A DNA stretch of 64,000 bases, from the NCBI RefSeq assembly GCF_964355755.1, contig NC_092680.1, forward strand, positions 1,798,001 to 1,862,000. The letters are read 5' to 3'. This stretch comes from Antedon mediterranea. Lineage: Eukaryota; Animalia; Echinodermata. This document shows positions 1 to 11,500 of this stretch, piece by piece. A program made the position numbers and the translations under genes. Each line of letters opens with the position of its first letter. Position 1 is the stretch's first letter. Below the pieces are notes generated by a model, which saw only the letters and a list, made by a program, of their open reading frames with translations, had not been told where the DNA came from and ran no database searches.

Positions 1-70
1 TCTAACATTACAAATTACAATTCCCAAAAAAACTCAAAATCTGTTGAAGTCGTTATTAAGAATAACTTAC

Positions 71-3000
71 TTCATGTTGGGTCCGTCTCCGCTTCTAACT
101 AGTACCTTTAATGCGTTTTCGCTGTGCTTTGACAGACGAAATCCTTTGCGTGCCAACTCGATAACCGGTTCAAACAGTCTCTTCCAGGAAAGTTTGCCAT
201 ACTTCTGGTGAGCTTCCCACATCCCTTTTAATTCTCCAGGCGTCGCAATGGCTAACCCACCTACGGAATATAAGTTAAACCAAGTTCACAATGTGTGTCG
301 AGAAAGGTTGAATTACATGCTTTACTTTCATGAAGCGTGGATTCCACTTGTGATTATTCGATACAGCACTTTTATTTGCGTCAATACGTACGTCGCTGCG
401 TTGCGTTCTAGTGGGAACCACACTTAAAGCTTGGTTTCCACTATGACGCAACGCAAGGACGTAAACGCAACGCAAACGTGTTGACAATGACAAGCGACAG
501 TCGAATAATCCATCGCTTGAGATTGGTCAAATCCCTTACGTTGCGTTACGTCCTTGCGATGCGTTTCTAGTGGGAACCAAGCTTTAACCAACCAAGAGAT
601 GACTGACCACGTCCTCTGTCCCGAGACACAACTTGACGGATCATACAAATGGTTCTATGGCGTGGCGAGAACTTGTCAGACTGTACTGATAATGTAATGA
701 GGAAGGGCACGTCATACTGTACACTAGGCCTACCTATATATTACGTACGGTAGGCCTACTCTTAGTAGGCCTACAAGGCACCTCCAACAAAGAGCATATC
801 GTTTCTACGGTCTAGTACGAGTTAATAAGCCTATACTTCTTAAGGGTTTTTCACACCTGTTCCGGCACGGCGAAACGTACATCAATGTTTCGTTTTCACG
901 ACGCTCCACGCCGCTATGCACTAATCGATATGCGTGTAGCCGCGTGAAGCCGCGTGAAAACGAAACATTAACGTTCAATTTGATTTTCCGGCGCCGGATT
1001 GGAACCGTGCCGGAACACAGGTGTGAAAAACCCTTTATACGAATAATGTTATCGCCATAATTATGATCTTACCAATCTTGATCGTATCAGGATGTGCATT
1101 GAACATGTCTTGTGTAGTAGCTGCAGGTGAAGTTTCTCTCGCATTTATGAACTCAACTTTCTTTGCACTCCTATCATAAATCAGTAAAAACGCGCCGCCT
1201 CCAATTCCAGATGATTGGCCGTGGACTAATCCTATGCACAGCAATGACGTTATTGCAGAATCCACTGCAGAACCACCTTCCTCTAGTATAGAGCTATGTT
1301 GTGAAAAAAGGGTAAAAAAAGAGAAAGAGTGAATGAATTTCACTCAATATAGGAGTGAGAAAAGAGTGAAATCAACTCTTTTTCTAGATTGACTACCAAT
1401 CCGCAATTAAAAGAGTTATCATTCAATCTCTAAAAGCGTGAATTTTTCAGTATAGAGATTATAGGATGTTGTATCAGTGTCTGAAAGCACATTTCGCAGA
1501 AGTTGGCATCATTGTGAACGTCCCAACAAACTCTGTAAGAAGTTTGGTAGCCACCAAGATCCCATAGGGTACTCTAAAGTGGCGAAATTAGTTACGATGT
1601 TGATAGTGTTGACAGAGCTTTACGCAATAAAAAAACGCCAGCGGCGCTTAGCAAAATAAATAAAGTTACAATAGTGGATAACATTCGTTTTTGTAGATTA
1701 CCTTCCCATTTGTGAACACTCAGCAATATCGGTAGCAACTGCAGCCTTGCTGAACTGACGACGGGGTTGTGGATCGTCGTCGTCGTCATGTCGGTCGATC
1801 AGCGTGACGCACAACACGACGGCAAAGATGATCAGGCATAGTAAAATAATACAAATGATAGCAGTAATCTTTCGTGACTTGTCACGCTCTCTGAAAAATA
1901 AATGAAACCACAGGATGAGATCTACTGTATTATTAGCAGGGGCGTAACGCAGATGCCTGATGCCCCTGGTTTAGGAAGTGGCCCTCCAACGCTGGAGGCT
2001 TCGGGCCTGTTTTTTCCCTCTGCTCAGGAGCACTGGGGCCATGGGTTTAGCCAGTGAGCGCTCATAGACATTACGTCACTGATTATTAGACGATATTGTC
2101 ACGATTTCAGTTTAATATTTTCGACGATATATTTCGTTCGAAGAATCTTATCGGGGCATCAGTCCATGCGACAATTTCATCTTCAAGATCAAAACTGAAT
2201 CATCACATATCGCTCTCTGAAAAACAAACGAGATAACACCTCTGATAAGACCTCTGTATTATTGGACGATGCATTTTAATCGAATCGCGCTTTTACAGTA
2301 GTATAATTTTTAGACGATGGATTTCAATCGACGAATTCTTATTCGGGGCATTGTAAGATCAAAGGTAGGCCTACTGTAAGATCAAAGGTAGGCCTACTGT
2401 AAGATCAAAGGTAGGCCTACTGTAAGATCAAAGGTAGGCCTACTATAAGATCAAAACCGAAATGAAATCGTTAAATAAAGCCCTCGGAAAAAAAGTAAAG
2501 AGTTCTTTGGTTGATGGATAAATTATGTACATATTTTATTGATGATTGGTAATATTAGGAGAAACAGCAGATTTATTGAAGATGCAGTGGCCTTGACGTA
2601 TGGTAATATATCATGATGCATTTGGTCAATAAGCCGGGTAGGTCGGTACGCTACTGGTAGGTACCGTACGCTACTGGTAGGTACAGTAGGTACTATAGGC
2701 TTCTGTTGGGCATTCAATGCAATTTCATTAGTCAATGAATAAACTTGTTTTCTTTTTAGAGTGTTATAAAAAACAGAATTTTTAGTAGAAAGATGAAGGC
2801 ATTCCAACTTACTGTAAGTATATAATGTAATCAAATCTTATTATTCAATACAATTCTTATATAATTTTTCCAACTACGGCACTGATTAAGGATGGAAAGT
2901 AATAAAATCAGAATTATAATGTGTAAAGGGTCTTTCACACCTGTTCCTACACCAGCAAATCCAATCGAACGTCAATGTTTCGTTTGTACGCGGCTACGCA

Positions 3001-6000
3001 CATATTTATTGGCGCATAGCTGCGTGAAGCGTCGTAAAAACGAAACATTGGCGTTCGGTTCGCCGGACCGGAACCGTGCCGGAACAGGTGTGAAAGGCCC
3101 TTAAGCCAAAATTATTTTATTTCATTTTTACATGATTTAGACCTGCTGGTAAAATTAGACTTAAAAGATCGAAAGTACAAAGCTATAAGGCCTACACCAA
3201 AAAAACAACGTATTGAGCCAAACGGCTGTCCAGTAAGTTTTTTCTGGATAAAAGGGTCTTTCACACCTGTTCCGGCACGGTTCCGACGATTCGAACATCA
3301 ATGTTTCGTTTTCACGACGCTTCACGCGGCTATCTATATGCGCTAATCGATATGCGCGTAGCCGCGTGAAAACAGAACGTTCGATTGGATTTGCCGGTGC
3401 CGGACCGGAAACGTGCCGGAACAGGTGTGAACAACCCTTAATACAGTATATACTGTATACTACTCTTTTGTTTAAACACGTCCGGCCTTATGAGTAATGA
3501 ATATAAGCAATATTTACAAAAATAGGTTTCTTATTGACATAAATAAAACCATCAGATAACCCTGTTGCAAAACAAAATTATAATTATGTTTATTTTTAAT
3601 TTTAGTTGCAAGTCATAAAAAAGAACTGTCATCTATGTAAACAGGTAATTTACATTCTTATTATAAGGTGACCGATGATACAATAACATATTTATTTACA
3701 TATACAATGTGGAGCGATGTTACAATACGCTACACTAATGTCTACAAACGATTTAATGTACATATTAATTAATTGAGCAATTTTTTGCTTTGTTTTTAAT
3801 TTGTTTATTTTTAATTTTGTTATTTATTTATTTTTTATTTAGGCCTAATGATGTGTAATGATTGTATTTGCTCTTTGTGTACCGCCAAACCAAACCAGGC
3901 GTTTGTTGTCGGCAGGATTAATGACTTATGATTTCAATTGGACACTAGGCCTATAATAGGTTTATTCTTGGATCGATTAGGCCTAATTACATCAGTGAAT
4001 AATAATAACTTAATACCTGCACATTGTAGCTACTATTATTAGAACAAATTATGAAATTCACGTTTTTTGTGATTTAAAAATCAATTACTTAGCTATTAGG
4101 CCTACTTGTGATTTCAATTCTGAACACTATATAGGGATTAATTAATTTATGTTTTGTGTGATTTAAAAATCAATTATGTAGCTATTAAAGTATTTAGTTT
4201 CTCATATTTCCCAGCTGACTTTGACTAGATAGGTTTCCAGGGTACACGTCATGTTTGTCCCTAATGTGTGGCATGACAAATGCAAAACAACTAAATAACG
4301 GGAAAAAAAATTAATGTAAATATTCTATTTGTAAAAACTATCAATTGAATTGAATGAAAAATTGCATACACAAATAATCAATACAAGGCCTAATTGAATT
4401 AACTATTAAAGCACATCACCTGTTGTTTTCCACGGGGAACCCTTTCACGGAACTACATCATAATATATCATGATACATTTGGTCAATAAGCCGGGTAGGT
4501 ACCGTACGCTACTGGTAGGTACCGTACGCTACTGGTAGGTACCGTACGCTACTGGTAGGTACAGTAGGTACTAAGCTTCTGTTGGGCATTCAATGCGATT
4601 TCATTAGTCAATGAATAAACTTGTTTTCTTTTTAGAGTGTTATAAAAAACAGAATTTTTAGTAGAAAGATGAAGGCATTCCAACTTACTGTAAGTATATA
4701 ATGTAATCAAATCTTATTATTCAATACAATTCTTATATAATTTTTCCAACTACGGCACTGATTTAAGGGTCTTTCACACCTGTTCCGGCACGGTTCCGAT
4801 CCGGCGCCGAAAAATTCAATCGAACGTCAATGTTTCGTTTTCACGCGGCTACGCGCAAATCGATTGGTGCATAGCCGCGTGGGGCGTCGTGAAAACGAAA
4901 CATTGATGTTCGATTCGCCGGACCGGAATCGTGCCGGAACAGGTGTGAAAGACCCTTAAGGATGGAAAGTAATAAAATCAGAATTATAATCTGTAAAGGG
5001 TCTTTCCCACCTGTTCCGACACCAGCAAATCCAATCGAACGTCAATGTTTCGTTTGTACGCGGCTACGCACATATTTATTGGCGCATAGCTGCGTGAAGC
5101 GTCGTAAAAACGAAACATTGGCGTTCGGTTCGCCGGACCGGAACAGGTGTGAAAGGCCCTTAAGCCAAGGTTATTTATTTCATTTTTACATGATTTAGAC
5201 CTGCTGGTAAAATTAGACTTAAAAGATCGAAAGTACAAGGCTATAAGGCCTACACAAAAAAAAAAACAACGTATTGAGCCAAACGGCTGTCCAGTAAGTT
5301 TTTTCTGGATAAAAGGGTCTTTCACACCACCTGTTCCGGCGCGGTTCCGACGATTCGAACATCAATGTTTCGTTTTCACGACGCTTCATGCGGCTATCTA
5401 TATGCGCTAATCGATATGCGCGTAGCCGCGTGAAAACAAAACGTTCGATTGGATTTGCCGGTGCCGGACCGGAACCGTGCCGGAACAGGTGTGAACAACC
5501 CTTAATACAGTATATACTGTATACTACTCTTTTGTTTAAACACGTCCGGCCTTATGAGTAATGAATATAAGCAATATTTACAAAAATAGGTTTCTTATTG
5601 ACATAAATAAAACCATCAGATAACCCTGTTGCAAAACAAAATTATAATTATGTTTATTTTTAATTTTAGTTGCAAGTCATAAAAAAGAACTGTCATCTAT
5701 GTAAACAGGTAATTTACATTCTTATTATAAGGTGACCGATGATACAATAACATATTTATTTACATATACATTGTGGAGCGATGTTACAATACGCTACACT
5801 ACGTCTACAAACGAATTAATGCAAATATTAATTAATTGAGCAGTATTTTGCTTTGTTTTTAATTTGTTTATTTTTAATTTTGTTATTTATTTATTTTTTA
5901 TTTAATGCTGTGTAATGATTGTATTTGCTCTTTGTGTACCGCCAAACCAAACCAGGCGTTTGTTGTCGGCAGGATTAATGACTTATAATTTCAATTGGAC

Positions 6001-6516
6001 ACTAGGCCTATAGGTTTATTCTTGGATCGATTAGGCCTAATTACATCAGTGAATGATAATAACCTAATACCTGCACATTGTAGCTACTATTATTAGAACA
6101 AATTCATGTTTTTTTGTGATTTAAAAATCAATTACTTAGCTATTACTTGTGATTTCAATTTTGAACACTATATAGGGATTGATTAATGTTTTGTGTGGTT
6201 TAAAAATCAATTAGGTAGCTATTAAAGTATTTAGTTTCTCATATTTCCCAGCTGACTTTGACTAGATAGGTTTCCAGGGTACACATGTTTGTCCCTAATG
6301 TGTTGAATGACGAATACAAAACAACTAAATAATGGGAAAAAAAAATTAATGTAAATATTCTATTTGTAAAAACTATCAATTGAATTGAATGAAAAATTGC
6401 ATACACAAATAATCAATACACGGCCTAATTGAATTAACTAAAAGCACATCACCTGTTGTTTTCCACGGGGAACTCATTCAAGGAACTTACACTGTAGACA
6501 CCTCTAAATGTATCAT
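71..6516 (-). CDS. GGT: Gamma-glutamyltranspeptidase / glutathione hydrolase family paralog A (5' part only; the gene continues off the left edge)
   Basis: Exons read on the minus strand: 1702-1890 (ERDKSRK, TM helix [43 protein letters not shown]), 1073-1293 (GGSAVDSAI...SSGIGGGAF...INARETSP) and 71-260 ([26 protein letters not shown]). GT-AG boundaries and phases 2/1/2 are consistent. The first coding exon 6491-6516 (MIHLEVSTV, phase-compatible GTAAGT donor) is tentative. Confidence 0.9.
333..584. mobile_element. MITE family C (TIR AGC(T/G)TGGTTCCCACTAG), two adjacent copies, PIF/Harbinger-like
   Basis: Same TIR and internal CGTTGCGTT motifs recur at ~9965-10052, 10349-10602, 12690-12795, 20499-20624, 20960-21145, 21498-21647, 39457-39675 and 50190-50313. 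Flanks are TAA/TTA-like. Confidence 0.75.
843..1034. mobile_element. MITE family B (PIF/Harbinger-like)
   Basis: TIR AGGGT(C/T)TTTCACACCTGTTCCGGCACGG at both ends, with a TTA target duplication on both sides. Further copies at 2927-3101, 3253-3438, 4766-4956, 4997-5160 and 5314-5502. Confidence 0.85.
1937..2081. mobile_element. hAT-type MITE
   Basis: Imperfect TIR CAGGGGCGTAACG / CATTACGTCACTG and a perfect 8-bp TSD ATTATTAG (1929-1936 and 2082-2089). 8-bp TSDs with CAG termini are typical of hAT elements. Confidence 0.8.
2352..2455. repeat. 23-bp minisatellite (TGTAAGATCAAAGGTAGGCCTAC), about 4.5 copies
   Basis: Tandem copies seen directly. Confidence 0.9.
2604..6473. repeat. Tandem segmental duplication (~1.85-2.0 kb unit): 2604-4440 and 4461-6473
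   Basis: Both copies start TAATATATCATGAT and end CCACGGGGAAC, and are near-identical along their length. The duplicate MESNKIRII ORFs come from this. Copy 2 has one extra MITE. Confidence 0.92.
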
Positions 6517-7139
6517 ACTTCACCATATTTTAGTCCAACATGTAGGGCTATACCTACACGCTACACTAAAAACATGCATGTCGACTATACGGGATAGTAT
6601 GGGACTCTTCCTTCTTCTTTCTCCTGTCTACCACCTTCCCACAAGAGCACCGAAACCGCCGGATGATATCGAATAGATCACCATTATTATCATTTTGGTC
6701 AAAAGATGCGGAAAACAATATTAATAATATCACCAAATATCGGAGGGATGCGTTTTAATGTCAAATCAAAAGGTGGCGCTACCACCAAACCAAACCAAAT
6801 AAGCAACAACAATATATTATACAATAATAATAATACCTATAGATATGTTTACAAAATAAACATTTAACAACTACTAAACAAAACAAAACAAAAGATGGAC
6901 ATATTTGCCCTATATTCGTTATACATTTACTGTAAACCTTTATTTATATAGCAGTTGATTGCTTTTAAAATTGTTAAAATGCAACCTAGATTTTTTTTAT
7001 ATAAAATAATGCCATATTTTGGTTGTTTATAAGAAATTTTGTTTGACATCATTGTAAAGCGGCAATTTATGGTACACATCAATCCATTATGCCAGAATGT
7101 GATGAAAGAATGTGATAATAGCGCGGTTCGCGGATTCGA

Positions 7140-7218
7140 ATAGAAATGTATAGGCATAATAGAAATGTATAGGCATAATAGAAATGTATAGGCATAATAG
7201 AAATGTATAGGCATAATA
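7140..7218. repeat. 19-bp minisatellite (ATAGAAATGTATAGGCATA), about 4 copies
   Basis: Tandem copies seen directly. Confidence 0.85.
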
Positions 7219-8203
7219 TTATTAATTGTAATAATGTAGGCAATATGTGAAGAAGGGAATAAATGCGCCTGTTTTTCCTATTTCCGACTGTGTCTCGTGA
7301 ACCAAAACAGGATACGATTGTTACCGTAATATTGTACTAGGTCACACATCGCACAGACACGAACTCTCGTCATGATTTCTTAGTTACTTGAATTGGGCCT
7401 AGTATATTTTGTATGATCTAAGCTTATGCCTACCTTATATCTCTTGGTGGTTCGTAATCAATTTCCAAATCATTGTTGGGCATTTTTATTCGATATGCGC
7501 CGCACGCCTGTTACACGACACCCCTAGTCAAACCCGTGTCTATAGTGAGGTAGTACCCTGGCTGTTACACACGTCAATGCACTTTGTGAATGTTCCTATA
7601 TGTCCCTAGTTATGCCACTATAAATCAGTAACTATTGTATTGCATCATTGGCAAATTACAAAGCTTTTTACACTGAATTAACAGTCAACCTGCATGTTAA
7701 TACAATCAATTTACTCAAAGGATTTGATTCCACGTTCCGCGAAAACACGTTTTCTAGACCAATGTCCAATAATCAATAGAATCTCATTAAGCCCCGCCCA
7801 GTTCCTGTCTAACAAAAGAAAGCATACATTTTATTGTTTGAAAATGACTCAGTTTTGTAGGTCAAGTTAAGGTCTAGTGTTTGTGTTTCCTTCATTTCAG
7901 AATCGACCCAACGACACGCACCCCTCCCTCCTTCCCACCTTAACGTCTGACTAAAATGGGATTCGGCCACCATAGTTCCTAAATACAAATAATATTAATA
8001 ACTGGTTGCTAGGTCTAGGGCAGCGGACGCTGTCGTGACGTATGCAAATCCAGTATTATGATTGTAGTATTGTAAAAATAATTCAGAAAAGCAATATTTT
8101 ATCTTAATAGTTCTATTTTTTTTTTTTTTACAAAGTTTTTTTAAACCTAGTTTTGATCAGGAGGGAAAAGTAGTACTGGAATCTGTTCATTTAACGACTA
8201 ACT

Positions 8204-8341
8204 AAAGCTCACACAAGTTTGACAAAAAAAAGTGTGATGTGCCCAAATGTGGTAGTGATATGCCCAAATATGGTAGTGATATGACATCATCATGTCCATA
8301 TATGGGCATGATTTTTTTACATAATAGTGTAGACAGAGGTC
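8204..8341. mobile_element. MITE family A, short copy (family TIR AGCTCTGTCTACACTATCAAAC; 1-3 internal 21-bp units)
   Basis: Shares the TIR-derived ends and internal GTGATGTGCCCAAATATGGTAGT units with copies at ~19464-19600, 27148-27269, 30294-30458, 35934-36065, 36083-36190, 37751-37892, 46693-49669 and 53497-53620, plus fragments at ~52700 and ~57570. Confidence 0.75.
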
Positions 8342-8576
8342 TCAAGCCAAAGCATTCCACACACTCACCTGCAATGCAAATACCAAGGCTATTGCCTATA
8401 CATGTTATAATTAGCCATAAGAACACTATTTAAGACTTGGGTACATTGTTCTGCATGCATTTTCTACATGCGTTAGATGTATTTATAATAAAAAACACGT
8501 AACAGGCTCATATAAACAGAACATTGTTAGGGAAAGATACATTGTAACTTAATACAGGAAACTTTAAAAAAAAATA

Positions 8577-11500
8577 ATGATCATGATATTTTTACTGTGT
8601 ATCATGATGTTTGTTTTTATGATAACATTGAACAAGGTACACAGTAGGCCAGCTAAAGGTGTTGAAAAGCGACAATTTGGCAAGGCTGCAGTTGCTACCG
8701 ACATTCCGGAATGTTCTGAACTAGCTACGTAAGTTTTTCACAGTTAATATTTTATTCGTCGAAAAGTTAAGGCTACATATATCTAATATAAAGATGTCAT
8801 TTTAGCATATTCTCACTCCTTGTTATTATTTATTGGTAACCAAATAAATATTACACTGTATTAACGGAAAGAGTAGAATTCTGTATATCTATTTACTTTC
8901 GAATATGATTTGTCTTAAGTTACAGAGAAGGGCGTCCTCTATATCGTCACACAATTTGTACACTTCCACACAGCTCCATACAAAATTTCTCATGAAACCA
9001 ACTTTATCCGAGTAAATAAGTCAATGAAAACTATGACAAAATAAGTCTGATATATATTTTTGTATTATGACGTCACAGGTCGATACTAAAAGAAGGAGGT
9101 TCTGCTGTTGACGCGGCAATAACGTCAATTCTGTACATCGGTTTAGTAAACGGTCAGACGTCCGGTATCGGCGGGGGTTCCTTTATGCTCCTTTATGACA
9201 GAAAATCCAAAAATGCGGAATACATCGATGCTCGAGTCAGCGCACCAGCAGCTACCACCCGAGATATGTATAACCACAATCATATTTCTAATAAGTACGG
9301 TAAGAAAAAATGTCATTTCTTATTTAATCATAAAACATAAATATTTCTTCACTTTGGTGGAGCTGTAGCTCAATCATGCCAACAAATGGACACCAATTTC
9401 TATTAACTATTCTTTCTCTATAGGTGCGTTAGCCATAGCGACACCTGGAGAGGTTAAGGGAATGTGGGAAGCTCACCAGAAGTATGGCAAACTTTCTTGG
9501 AAGAGACTGTTTGAACCTGTTATCGAGTTGGCACGCAGAGGATTCAAAGTTACAAATCACGGGGCAATGAGCCTTAAACTTCTTGTTGAAATGGCAGGAG
9601 AAGGACCGCATATGAAATAAGTTTATATTTTGTGTTCCTTCACTTTAGATTTAATTTACTTTATTAATATATGTATTACTTTAATGCATTTAAATACTGT
9701 TGCGTATTGTCGTGTTTCCGTATAATATAATTTTTAACTTTTATACAATCGGAATGTTCAGATAGCAAGTATATTTTTAGAACACTTTTATTAACATTTT
9801 ATTATAGCATAATTTTTTTCTATTTATTTTTCTAAATTTGTTAAATCTCGGTTTTATTGTATCGTCCTAGTTGACAGGGGCTGGTCAAGCACATCACAAG
9901 ATGACAGTGTTATATACTTTTGCTTTTCCGCTACTCCCCTGTTATACTTATATATAGTATTATACTTGCGTCGTCGGTTCCCACTTGTGATTACACAATA
10001 CAGCACTCTTTGCGTCAATACGTCGCTGCGTTGCGTTCTAGTAGGAACCATGTTTTAGGTATTATGTTACTTTCATTTGTATTTAAGGCTTGGAAAGATT
10101 TATACTTCAAAAACAACGGAGCCCGTCCTAAAGAAGAAGGAGACATTGTAATACGTAGCAACTATGCCGACACGCTGCAACGAATTGCTGACAATGGCTG
10201 GACTGAATTCTATAATGGAACAACAGCTGATATGATTATTGAAGATATGAAACTATACAGTGAGTAAAAATATAAATCTTTATTTTCACAATGGAACATC
10301 ACGATTTCGTAGGCCATCACATGACGTCATGGTCTTAACAGCTAATAAAGCGTGGTTCCCACTAGCGACGCAACCCACGCAACCTACGCAACGTAGGAAA
10401 ATGCCCTTCTAATAATTGTGTTTGCCCCGCCTCTCCTGCGTGAAATCAAACCTGCGATGTTTGCAGCACTGTTGGATCGTCGGTTCCCACTTGTGATTAC
10501 GCAATACAACACTTTGCGTCGATACGTCGTAGCGTTGCGTTACGTTGCGTCGCTAGTGAGAACCACGCTTTGCTGCGTTGCGTTCCAGTAGGAACCATGC
10601 TTTATGAAGGAGAGAAACTACAGGTCTAATAATTATGCTAAAATACAAATTATCATTAATTGCAACAATTCTATATCACCTCTTTATACATATACATATG
10701 TTTTAAATATGTAGGCTATGGGGTATTATGGGGTAATGTTTATTGCAACCTTATTTCATTCACAACAGATGGTATCTTAACGAAAGCTGACTTACAGAAC
10801 TACAACGTACGATGGTCTGACGTAATAACGACACCATTCTTGGGTAATACTATATATTCACCCAGTCTACCGTCTGGCGGACCAATCTACCAATTTATTA
10901 TAAATGTAATGAAAGGTATGTTTTTGTGTAGTGACGTCACTAGAAATGAAACGCAACATCTTTACTGTCTTAGCTCTATTATTACGCACATAATAAGGTT
11001 TATCGCCAATCATTTCCGCGAGGAACGTCATTGCACAATGCATGATGGGAAGGGTTTGAGAGCAAACGTCACGCAGCGTACGTACAAACAACACGCGTCG
11101 TGACGTTTGCTCCCAACCCTTCCCATCATTCGTTGCGCACGCTATTTGCGATAATATTTATATTAGATCATTTTAACATAACTGCCATAATATTTTTATT
11201 AATACATTTACTTTAGGATTTGATTTTGATTTATCAACTGACGAAGCCAAAGTTAGGACTTTCCATCGTTTTATTGAAACTTGCAAACTTGCATTTGGTT
11301 TGAAATTGCGTCTTGGAGACGTGGACACAGCGGATGTACGTCAGGTAGGTGAGATAGTACATGACTGAAACATCATGACATGAGCTAATACCTAAATCTT
11401 AAATAATGAAATATAAAGAGACAACCATTATTGTTATTATCAACCCAGTATTTTTCTAATCTTATTTTCCATTTAAGGTATTGAATCAGTTAGCGTCTAA

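Noticed and set aside
2892-5325. Duplicated small ORFs MESNKIRII... and the antisense 113-aa ORF
   Set aside because: They are made of MITE family B sequence inside a segmental duplication, with no protein motifs.
7790-8049. GC box, TGACGT and octamer ATGCAAAT between the divergent GGT-A and GGT-B starts as a bidirectional promoter
   Set aside because: Short motifs like these occur by chance or within repeats, and there are no TSS data, so it is not reported as a feature.
9617-10086. U12 (minor spliceosome) intron
   Set aside because: The donor is ATAAGT, not ATATCCTT, and I saw no clear TCCTTAAC branch point near the acceptor.
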